From positions 186,001-223,565 of the forward strand of contig NOWV01000126.1 of assembly GCA_003344405.1 (NCBI GenBank): DNA of 37,565 bases, in the 5' to 3' direction. The DNA comes from Trichoplax sp. H2. Taxonomy: Eukaryota. Under the pieces are notes generated by a model. That model made no database searches, had not been told where the DNA came from, and worked only from the letters and a program-made list of their open reading frames with translations. Positions within the stretch are counted from its first letter, which is position 1; every line of letters starts with the position of its first letter. The position numbers and the translations under genes are program-made. This document shows, piece by piece, positions 26,541-37,291 of this stretch.

Positions 26541-27061
26541 TGTCACAAAACAGCTTTGCAACAAGATAACGTAATCTACGATCAATAAGTCAATTCCTTG
26601 AACTACGTATCAAGGAACGATATCTGCACTATCACGAGCACTTTTGCTCTACTAGCAGACTACACAAAGACTTAAACGCCTCGTATTTTACGTTAAACAC
26701 TAAGTTGGACAATTCTTCTTTATTTCACGATATACTGCATTTATATACTATTCCTCAATAGTTCATGAGTCATAGTTAATACAATTAACATTAGAATCAT
26801 TTACTGAATTAGATATTAATTTTAGCTACTGCTCTCTTAATGCAGACAACAGTATTTACGAACATAGACATGTAATAACTAATACAGAATAGTCAGATTA
26901 CGATATGTCCTATCACGGAACATTTCCATGATAATTTACAGTCTATCATAAGTAAATTACANNNNNNNNNNNNNNNNNNNNGTTAACTAAATAAGGATAG
27001 TCTAACAGAATTATCCTAACATAGTTATTTCTACTGTAATACAGTATTTAACACTGTAACA
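26541..27061 (+). mobile_element. TG...CA non-coding element, long subfamily B, copy B1 (internal assembly gap; true length probably about 630 bp)
   Basis: Starts TGTCACAAAACAGC, ends CTGTAACA; perfect TSD GCCGG (26536-26540 and 27062-27066); empty site visible at 27449-27453; colinear with 30637-31264. Confidence 0.93.
26962..26981. other. Assembly gap (20 N) inside element B1
   Basis: N run; comparison with B2 suggests about 130 bp are missing. Confidence 1.
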
Positions 27062-27247
27062 GCCGGACATTGAGGTTTTTTATATGTATGATGATACTTT
27101 TAAGATTAATTTAGATTTTAAATTCTATATTTTTATTGCTAGGTACATATAAGTGAGAAGAATTCTAGGATCGAAGTTGCTCTTAGTCTGACATATGCCT
27201 ACATCAAAAACTTGGTAATTCTTTTCTTAAAAATTTTACATAAAAAT

Positions 27248-27267
27248 NNNNNNNNNNNNNNNNNNNN
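27248..27267. other. Assembly gap (20 N)
   Basis: N run. Confidence 1.
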
Positions 27268-29073
27268 TATCTTTCCTATTTAATACATTTGATTAAGTGA
27301 GACCCTTAAAGCAGACTAAGCTAATTCGTCGAACGATCAAATGATACACCACTAAGTATCAGATCAATTGTGATGTACGGCTAAATTAAACAGATTGATT
27401 CTAAAGTATTTCTATATCTTCCCCTTCTATGACTAAGGGTAATTAAAAGTCGGACATTGAGATTTTTTATATGTATGATGATACTTTTAAGATTAATTTA
27501 GATTTTAAATTCTATATTTTTATTGCTAGGTACATATAAGTGAGAAGAATTCTAGGATCGAAGTTGCTCTTAGTCTGACATATGCCTACATCAAAAACTT
27601 GGTAATTCTTTTCTTAAAAATTTTACATAAAAATGACTTAATTTAAATTTACCGCTAAGAATTGATTGTGACATTTTAAAGCATGCTTACAATTTTCTAT
27701 CTGAATTCACTATATAATAATTGACTAAAATAGTATAGCACCGTCAAAATTATTCCTATTCTCTGTTTAAGCATTGGAAAATTAGTATTCCTTATTTCAA
27801 CGCAATATAGGATAGGGTAGAAATACTAGAGGCATAAAATCAAAATCCTTTAATATCTAATTTTAAAATATTGTGAAACGTATGCAGCATAAAGTAATTT
27901 GTCCATTTTATAAATTTGAATAATTTAGAAAGGCAATTTTATGTTCGGATCTACTCCTTCTGATGTTAAGATTTAATTTTATATGTTAACGAAGCTATGG
28001 ATAGCTAGATAGCATTCTATGCATACATAATAAATAGCAAAGACATTATACTCAAAAACTAGCTATTCATACATCAAGTTGATACATTTTAAAGTATTCA
28101 GATATTATCATGTGACTTATACATGAAGATTGGCATTCTTTCGAAATAAGCTGACCATTATACGACAATTCATTGGACGGTGTAAAACTTATACTAGCTA
28201 TTTGACCTTTAAACCTCCATCATAAATCAGCAAGCCTAAATTATAAATATGATTACCGGTAATTAAGCATCATACTAATTAGAAAGTGACTTTAAACGAT
28301 ATTAGAGTTATTTCGATTGAAATCAAATGATCATTAATGCTGGTTTATTCCTTTGTAGTACCTCTAAATTTGCTACTCAAATCTGAGGTAGACCTAAAAA
28401 ATTGTAACAACGGCCCTACCTATAAGATTGTTCTTGCAGCAAAACGCTATTTTCTACTTATTACGGCTATAATTTAAACAAAATAAAAAATCAAGTTTTA
28501 CAGAAATATCTTACTTCGATATATATGATCAATTCATAATGATATAAGCATCAATTGTAGGTGATAACAAGAGGGTCTATGTTGAACTTTATACAAATTT
28601 GATAATTCTACGGCCAATTTATTACTTCAATTTCATTTACGAATTTAAATCATTGCCTTTAATATAAAATAATTATCGGTCTTCAAATTTCTAGCGCTTT
28701 TCTAAGATAGTCTATGCCGTGTATTTAGTTCGTGTCGTTAGCCATATGGATTGGCGTGCATTTTCCAGGTTTGATAGATAATTACAATTTTGAAACTAGT
28801 TATCTTAAAGCGTACTAATTAGACGTTCCACCTGTAAATCTTTTATTAAACCTACTGATATTGCAATTCAATATGTATCGACAAGAAAATAAACTAATTC
28901 ACAGATTATAATCTTTATAACTAATTATTTCAAGTTACTTTCGTATATGTTTATAGATCAAAACTTAAAAAAATTTTTATCTCAAAAATGAAAGTACATT
29001 TTTGTTTGCCGACATAAATAATATTATTATGCAATACGAACCAGTATAAATGTAAAGGTAGCTTTTGGTTAGT

Positions 29074-30147
29074 CTAAGTAGACAGCTTAGTTGCAGGCTT
29101 CACTGTGTTATTTTTGGCACGATTAAAACTACTAGTGCCATTATCTCGTAGTGTGGAGTTACTGCCATGTCTTTTCGTTATCATTGGTATTGATATTCGA
29201 GTACCAATGTTCTTGTCTATGCAAATCAATAGGATTGGGTTCACCACAGATGTCATGACTGTACTAGAGGCAGCAAATGCAGCAAGGAGGAACAGAAATA
29301 TGTTAGTTCTCAATAAATCTCGAATATCAATTCCAGTAACAGCCGTTCCTGATGCCATTGCAAAGAAAGGCCATGTCATCAATCCAAAAGCGCCAGTAAT
29401 TGTGATAAGAGTTTTAACTAGATCCTTTCTTTTAGAATTATTTAAAAAAGTCATATTTCTACTCGAAGAAATGTCTGAATGCGAAATAGTATTCATACGT
29501 GATCTTCTAACTAAATAGCGATAAATTTTAAAATATAGTATTAACATCGCAACTAGTGGAACTACATATAGCAGTGACGTGATGGAGAAGAAATAAATCA
29601 AATTAGACATTCCGCGATTAAGTATAGCACAAGACTTGTCTTCTTCTGATATAACACCAGTTACATATACTAATGGTATAGAGAATGTAATGCTAATCAA
29701 CCAAATCAACACTATAACCCTCTTACTGATGATTAACTTTTTAGATTGATAATGTGTTGATAAAGATTTTACTATAGTTTGATATCGATCGACACTAATG
29801 GCTACTAAACTCAAAATAGAAGCCATATATGTTACACCTGTAACATAGGACAAAGTACGACAAATTATATCGGCTATAACATAAGGTAAAGGAAATGAAG
29901 ATATAAACGGTAATACAGTAAATATGATCCCCGTAGCCAGATCGGAAAATACCATATTAGCAATGTAGCGGTACGTCGATGATCTTAGTAAGTCTTTGCT
30001 TTGAAAGATACTTCGAATGATACAAACATTTAATACCAAAGCTACGATGGCAGGTAATACGAAAAGCCGTTGGACAATTTGAAAGATTTGAAATGTTGAG
30101 GAAATATTAGGAGCAAGAGTTTCATTTTTAGTCGCCAATGCAATCAT
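29074..30147 (-). CDS. Intronless class A (rhodopsin-like) 7TM G protein-coupled receptor, orphan (paralog 3), 357 aa
   Basis: NET/NIS sites, LVLNV, NMVFSDL, ICR, ISVDRY, LIWLI..SIP, YVVP..LY, FGLMTWPFF, VNPILL; closest to paralog 1 (shared TWPFFAMASGxAVTGIDIRDL and ASSTVMTSVVNPILLI). Confidence 0.96.
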   Translation of the reverse strand: MIALATKNETLAPNISSTFQIFQIVQRLFVLPAIVALVLNVCIIRSIFQSKDLLRSSTYRYIANMVFSDLATGIIFTVLPFISSFPLPYVIADIICRTLSYVTGVTYMASILSLVAISVDRYQTIVKSLSTHYQSKKLIISKRVIVLIWLISITFSIPLVYVTGVISEEDKSCAILNRGMSNLIYFFSITSLLYVVPLVAMLILYFKIYRYLVRRSRMNTISHSDISSSRNMTFLNNSKRKDLVKTLITITGAFGLMTWPFFAMASGTAVTGIDIRDLLRTNIFLFLLAAFAASSTVMTSVVNPILLICIDKNIGTRISIPMITKRHGSNSTLRDNGTSSFNRAKNNTVKPATKLST

Positions 30148-30636
30148 GGTAATTCGTTTGATAAATGAAATAGTGAAAATTAAAAAAATTGGCAGATTAC
30201 ACGGTCATCACATATTAGAAATTATCAGTTTCTAATTTACATAAAAATTTATATTAGGTAATACGGACTCATTTACGAATGGAATGATTTAGAACTCGCT
30301 ATTACTTTAAACACTTCTTTTTTGAATTTACACATTGTTTCAAGTAATGAGTAGCTTTGTCTGCTCTAGTTACTATTACAATACTTTTATGATAACAGTG
30401 CAATCAAAATTTTCTTTTGTAATCAAGGTAAATATGCAACTACAAGAACTATTTGACCTTTATACTCTGCTGTACTGTTGTGCCAAAATTACAAAATGAT
30501 CAAAGGCTTTCCTGCCTTAGGAATACTTCGCCTTAAGGGATAGCATACCATTTAATCAATCGGGCGCCAAGGAAATTACCTGTTAAAAATATCTCTTACA
30601 AAACAAAATAATAAAAGGGAGTATAAATAAGTGGGT

Positions 30637-31264
30637 TGTCACAAAACAGCTTTGCAACAAGATAACGTAATGTTCGATCAATAAATCAATTCCTTGAACT
30701 ACGTATCAAGGAACGATATCTGCACTATCAGAAACACTTTTGCTCTACTAGCAGACTACATAAAAACTTAGATGCCTGGTATTTTACGTTAAACACTAAC
30801 TTTAAGAATCCACTTTATTACACGATATACTGCATTTATAAACTCTTCCTAAATAGTTCATGAGTTATAGTTAGTACGATTAACTTTGGAATCATTCACT
30901 GAATTAGATATTAATTTTAGCTACTGCTTCCTTAATGCAGACAACATTATTTACGAACGTAGATATCTGGTGACTAATACAGAATAGTCAGATTATGATA
31001 TGTTCTATCACGGAACATTTCCGCGACAATTTACAATCTACCATAGTAAGTTACAATCACAACGATTCGAACTGTAAGTAGATGATTTGTATTCCCTATT
31101 ATAACTATTAATTTCAGTATGTGTATATATATATCACTGTCAAAAAAGTCAGTGCTATATTAAAACACAGTATATTCAAGTTAGAAATTAACTAAATAAG
31201 GATAGGCTAACAGAATTATCTTAACAGATATTTCTACTCTAATAAAGTATATAACACTGTTACA
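30637..31264 (+). mobile_element. 628-bp TG...CA non-coding element, long subfamily B, copy B2
   Basis: Starts with the same 35 nt as B1, ends CTGTTACA; flanks TGGGT (30632-30636) and TGGGC (31265-31269), a TSD with one mismatch; TATA-like run near 31123 and AATAAA at 31241. Confidence 0.9.
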
Positions 31265-34200
31265 TGGGCGTTTACAATATGAAACATGTTTACAAAAACA
31301 ATACCACAGGAGTGAAAAAGCAAAATTGCAATTATAGCATACGATTTCATTAAATTAGCGCTAAACATACGTGTCAGTAATTAAAATTCTGAATAACCAT
31401 GTTTGCATTCGTAATATTTCAAAATACAACAGCCGCAAACACTAACAATTAAATATGTCGCTGTTGGAATTGAATCGTAAATGATAAACTCTGATCGACA
31501 CAGTATAAATGATTTCAGTATAGTTATCATGTATTTTTAAGAATTTTAAGCTGCGTAATGGATAATTTTAAGTGATACAAGATAATAATCACAGATTTTC
31601 AGTTAATAATATTATTGGAAAGTTCCGGACTATTAGTATAAGGAAGGCAAAGATAACGTAATTATCCAAAGAAAATATAAAAGTTAAGCAAAGTAGTACA
31701 CGCAATGGCCGAGTTAACTTGGCAATTATTCCAAGCATTCAAGCAGTCATTTCTAGATTATCAAAATGCTCAGAAATTCATAATTCATGATGCTTAATAT
31801 CGATGACCACTTTAGTGAAATAACCACCATCTAAACGTTATTTCTTAATTAGATACTGGCACAAATTAACTTTAGGTGAAGGTAACGTAAAGGAATGTCC
31901 TTAAGCTAAATTTTTGGACACCTGTCTATTACAAATATCTGACTAACCTGAATATCCCGTATGGTGTGCGTGCTTGCATAGTGTATATAACTAGCCACTG
32001 TAAAAGAAGAAAATTTCGTTAGAATCTTTTTATTAACTATATTGCTTCAAATTAAATAGGAGCCGTCTAACTTTAAACAATTACAATTCCGTTGCTATTT
32101 ACCATTCATAGAAATTTCTTATTGAAAAAATTCTCTGCTAATTAAGCTATTACAAACTAAAAATTTAATCATCTAATGACTTCCAACACAAAATAAAATT
32201 TGGTTCAATTTAACATAAAAGTAACGGCCTATCTAAAGTAGGGGAATATTTAAGGTGAAGGATTACATATGTAAACTTTATTAATTTTATCTTAAATTAT
32301 CACTGAGTTATTTGAGTCTATAACATTCTTTATTAGCTGTTAAGTTCATGCTGCATAAGATTATATTAATCAAGTAACTTACTTAATCATAAAACTATTC
32401 TTACAATAAAACACCGAAATAGCTACATTAATTGGAATTTGAATCATATTGTACATTTGTTGGCAATCTGATCGAGCAAAGTTTTCAAGAAAGGAGAAAA
32501 TCTCATTTAAAGAATAACTTTGCAGATTCTAATGCGGTCATTGACTTGATTATATTAATTTGAGTAAAACTCATTTTATTCGTTATTATTAATTGTTAGT
32601 AATGTATAACTATAAAAGGCAATCTATGATTTTTGCTTCATTCAATCTATTATTTATTTTATAATTCTTAAAATTTATAGTCTAATTTGTAGAATATTGA
32701 CTAACGATAAAATTCATCATTAACAATTCTATTAAATAATGAAGTTTCATTTCGCTGCTGAGCATCGCTTGTTAATATCATTTCGGAAAATCTAATGCTT
32801 AAAAAAGCACAATTGTTCACGTTCATAATTTTAATTGAACGCTTTAAAACAATTTTTGAAGATCTCTTAAGCATAATTCACTAAAAATTTTGTCTGATGA
32901 TGATATTTACGACATTGATGTAAAAATGAATAAATATGGAAAACATATATGTATCGCAAGTTTACTTTGATATCAAGGTCATATTAAACCGATAGGTTTC
33001 AGAATAATTTCTATGTTGAATTATTACATGGATTTGTCATGATGCAATATGTTGGCTCAATAAAAGGCAAAATAATCAATATAAAGTGGACATATACTTA
33101 TAAGATAATAGTTAAAGAAAGGAATTAGAAATATTAATTACTTTTCGATCCTTATGATGACTAGAATTTTGAAATTTGTAATGTCATCAGTGCAATTCAG
33201 AAGCCTATGATCTAAAGAATCTTTTGATTTACCTAAATTGTATGGTATTGGAGTATTAATAATAAATTCGCTCTAGAACAAGGATAATAAAAGAAGACAA
33301 TAGATAATAAGGAGCAGTAAAATACCCCAAAAATCGATATTACTGGAGGCTGATTAATTACTGTAATTGTAAACAGTATGATCTTGTATCTGCAAAGTAG
33401 TGAGCAATTCTCAGCTAATCTCATCACCAGCAATTTTTATATTGGTTAATTAGAATTATTAGTACATTATGATCGTGCATCAAATCCAGTAAATTTCCTG
33501 TGGCATGTCCAAAAATACCGTTGAAACGGCTCTATCCCTTCATAATACCTTTCCAAGTAAATTCCGCAAATTTTCACGAAATGAACTAAAATCTTAAGGA
33601 AATGAAAGAGTCTACTGTACATTAGAGTAATGTAACTTAGTATTGTGATTGTAGACTGTTATTCATGCTTAGTATAATGTACGGTAGCGTAACTTCTATA
33701 TTTATCCTAAGATATATTTGGTAGCCATAACTGTAGACTGTAGAGGTATAGACTCTATGCTAGAGTACAGATGACTATATACAGTAAAGTGTAGAGTTAC
33801 TAATAAGGCAATAGGTAAAAAATAGAACTGTAAATCATATATTAGGATATGGTTAATCCATTATACTTTGGTTGGTGTGAATAATGTCTACGTAAATACT
33901 GTAGTCGTATCCATATCGGATTAGTGATGGTCCGCAGTAGAATGGTGTTACTAAGAATAATTTAACTATGTGTAAAATAAGGTAAAAGAATGCCGTACGG
34001 ATTGTAGCTACAAATACTACGAAAAATATGAAAGCATGCAACTTTAGATTATTCAGTTAGTTCGTTGTAGAAGTCTTTAGTAGTAGTATTCAGCTAGACT
34101 AGAGCTGCGTGTAGTTAATCTCTGTATAAGATTCAATAAAGCTCTTATTTTTCTAAAGTTTGGAATTTCGTGATCGGTATATATCACAATTAGGTACAGA

Positions 34201-35847
34201 TCATAATTAAATGTGATTCTTTTCTTCAGTATTTCGATTAATAGTTTTCAATAGCTTGCTACATGAATCGTAATCGGAAATTACATTTCCGCTATTGATA
34301 AACATCTCAAAATAGATTGAATAATTTTAATTTGTAGACACTTTCTTATTTCTGATCGCTAAATTGAAATTTTAATTATTAAATCAAATGGATTTTTATC
34401 AATTTTTTTATTGAAGTAATTGGAAAAGGCTACTTTATAGAAATTTTCGATAAAGATTTACTGCTGCTGCCATGACCAGTTAAGAAAAAAATTGCTAGTA
34501 AGTGTTAGATCGTAGTTACAGCACGCCCACAAACTATCGTAGCATAACCTTTTCTTAATATCCTAAGATGCATAGTTAAAATAAAATAATGAATGAAAGA
34601 AGCATCACCTTATAATCTATTACTAATCGTAGGGTATCAAGACATAAATTTAACATTCTATAAAATTATCTATTAGCACAGACGTATTATAAAGTATAGT
34701 GGTTATTGCGTTTATGAATTTCCTCTATACAATTTCAATCTCCTCAACGAAGGCTCACATTTCGATTATATTTCGGACCAAGCTTAGGATAAGAAATTGC
34801 CATAAAAGTACTGTTCAATTGGTGCAGTTTCGAAAGCAATCATTAGGTTTGGTGAAGCCTGAGATCTTTCTGAAGCTTAAGAACTCACATTAATAATGCA
34901 TACCTCGATATTTAATAGTTATTCGGAGCACTTAATTTATTTCCGCTCAAAATTTTAACATCGAAGTCATCCCTTTATTATCCAATGATTATTTCTTACT
35001 CGCCAGTCTAATTGCCATTAAAATTGATATACTGGCAATTAATAGAATCATCTTAATTAAATTTGGATTCACTTATCGTTCAATTTTGATGACTAGATCT
35101 TAATAAGCAAATTTTTCGAATAAAGTAATGCATTCCTTTCAATTCTGCCTTAGGAGTTAAATTATCGCTAAAATCACCTAGTCTTCGTTGTGTAATCGGG
35201 TTTCCAATCGAAAATCAGTCTGGCATTAATTACATTTTATATCTATTAAAGTTTTTTACTGACTCAGTAGGTCAGCAATATATTGATATTGATAATGCTT
35301 TCAAATAATAATTAAAATTTTCTTCTATACAGATCAATAGAAGCTATAGTTTTACAATAGTAAATAAGTTCATTATGTATGGACAATAAGACTATTGCTG
35401 CACTACGTTGTTTAAGATGACAGAATTTATAGAAATCTTCTTGCTTACAATATGTCAGTGTTATGTCTTAGAAAATGCCATTATTTATTTTACCTACGGT
35501 CTGATTTCGTGAATAGCGAGAAGCAAGTTCTCTGAATAAATCTGTCTTGTGAACTATTGTTCAGTATATCTAGATGAACTTATAATAGGGTAATTCTAAG
35601 GCATAGTAATTGTAGCACAATGTCCTTAATAGATCCATACAACTGCTTAGGGTAATAATCTGTAGACGTAACTCAAAGTATGATGCATCAGACTAGTAAG
35701 CTTGTCGTCAAGTACGATAGTGCGTAATAAAAGAAAAGGTATCGTATTCTGTATTTAATGCATAACGTCACGTTTCAATCTATTAAAAAATATCAAAATT
35801 ATTTTTATCAAGAGTAGCAGACAACAAAACTAGATGGTATCAGCCAT

Positions 35848-36283
35848 TGTCACAAACCAACTTCGTGACGAGGATACCGTAAAATAAATCTCTAAATCTC
35901 TAAAAATCTGCGGATTCAGTATCCCTACTCACAAGAATTTAGACGACTTAGATTCTACGTTAAACTCAACTAGACAATTGAGAACTATTTTATTCAACTA
36001 TCTGACGGGTTTATATGCCCTTCTACAGCAGCTAACAATCATGAGTCATCTTATAAAAATACTTAGGTGAGAACATCTACTAACTAATTATTCACAGTCG
36101 GACTACAATATGTCCATTCACAGAATCATTTCAGTGCACATTACAGCACAGCATTAAATTTACTGTAAGACATTTATAATTAGAGTAATTCCTATTGTAA
36201 GTAACTAGTTGTAATATATTATCACTATATTATATTAACCAAATTTAGATATCTATTTCTTCACGGTAGTTCGTACCGTGACA
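35848..36283 (+). mobile_element. 436-bp TG...CA non-coding element (solo-LTR-like), short subfamily A, copy A1
   Basis: Starts TGTCAC, ends GTGACA; flanks GCCAT (35843-35847) and GCCCT (36284-36288), a 5-bp TSD with one mismatch; similarity to copy A2 stops exactly at these ends. Confidence 0.9.
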
Positions 36284-36855
36284 GCCCTTCATATCAGCTC
36301 ATTTAAGATTTATTAGTTTAATGAGGTAAATCAATGAATTACGCAAGACTTATGCATCTGGTAATACAATACTATAAATATTGTACTTGTATTCTTCCAA
36401 GATGTCATAACGTAAAAAACAAAAAATTATTGGGCTAATTATACATTATATTAAATGATCTAGATAACGGTATCATTTTGAAATTTGCATAAATTATATG
36501 ACTATTCATTATGATGCTTCAACTCTACAAATCTAAATCTTAGCATAAGCTATAACTTTACATTTGATAAGCTTTCCCATATCCGTATTGTTACTTTTTA
36601 AATATAATTGCTATTAAATGTTATAAATTAATACACTAATGACTTTAAATAAATTACAATAAATTAATCGCGTGATCGTCTTACTTAATATTTTAATGAT
36701 GGTTTTTAGCACGATCAGTTGCATAATTAATTCGATCATAAGTCGTGCTTCAAAGGCTTAATTCTAGAAATCCATTACTATATATAATTTGCTTGAAAAT
36801 ATATCGCTACCATAAATTATGCCATCATCATCTCAAAGAAATGGGTATATGTTTA

Positions 36856-37291
36856 TGTCACAAACCAGCTTCGTGACAAGGATAACGTAAAACTAATCTC
36901 TAAATTACTATAGTCTCCGGGATTCAGTATCCCTACTCACAAGAATTTAGACGCCTTTGATTCTACGTTAAACTCAACTAGACAATTTAGAACTACTTTA
37001 TTCAACTGTCTGGCGGGCTTATATACCCTTCTACAGCAGCTAACATTCACGAGTTATCTTATAAAAATACTTGGTGAGAACATCTACCTAACTAATTTTT
37101 CACAGTTGGACTACAATATGTCCATTCACAGAATCATTTCAGTGCACATTACAGCACAGCATTAAATTTACTGAAACACATTTATAATTAGAGTAATTCC
37201 TATTGTAAGTAACTAGTTGTAATATAATATCACTATATTATATTAACCAAATTTAGATATCTATTCCTTCACGGTAGTTCGTACCGTGACA
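36856..37291 (+). mobile_element. 436-bp TG...CA non-coding element (solo-LTR-like), short subfamily A, copy A2
   Basis: Starts TGTCAC, ends GTGACA; perfect 5-bp TSD GTTTA (36851-36855 and 37292-37296); roughly 90-95% identical by eye to 35848-36283. Confidence 0.92.

Larger units (their letters stand above)
26355..27634 (+). repeat. Near-identical direct duplication across a gap (26355-27247 with insertion vs 27268-27634 without); probably two uncollapsed haplotypes
   Basis: Flanks identical apart from about 3 substitutions in 367 bp; both copies abut the N run at 27248-27267. Confidence 0.85.

Noticed and set aside
28181-28409. TGT...ACA segment flanked by ACGG/ACGG
   Set aside because: Only a 4-bp match, poor terminal repeat and no similarity to the family; likely chance
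29105-29518. Plus-strand 137-aa ORF
   Set aside because: Antisense shadow of GPCR paralog 3
3162-30147. Receptors as retinal-binding opsins
   Set aside because: No Lys at TM7 position 7.43 (Val or Ala instead)
33233-34041. Two short hydrophobic minus-strand ORFs as remnants of a fourth GPCR
   Set aside because: No alignable GPCR motifs; hydrophobicity is expected from AT-rich codons
34996-35046. LLASLIAIKID resembling GPCR TM3
   Set aside because: No DRY, no TM2 or TM4 motifs at the expected spacing, and opposite strand to the cluster
35848-37291. Single TRIM or miniature LTR retrotransposon (two LTRs plus 572-bp internal region)
   Set aside because: Each repeat has its own TSD, the outer flanks (GCCAT vs GTTTA) do not match, and there is no TGG-type PBS after the first copy or polypurine tract abutting the second
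23762-37291. Strict orientation bias of the elements
   Set aside because: The six clear copies are co-oriented, but probable minus-strand copies exist (816-1174, perhaps 22329-23001) and the sample is small
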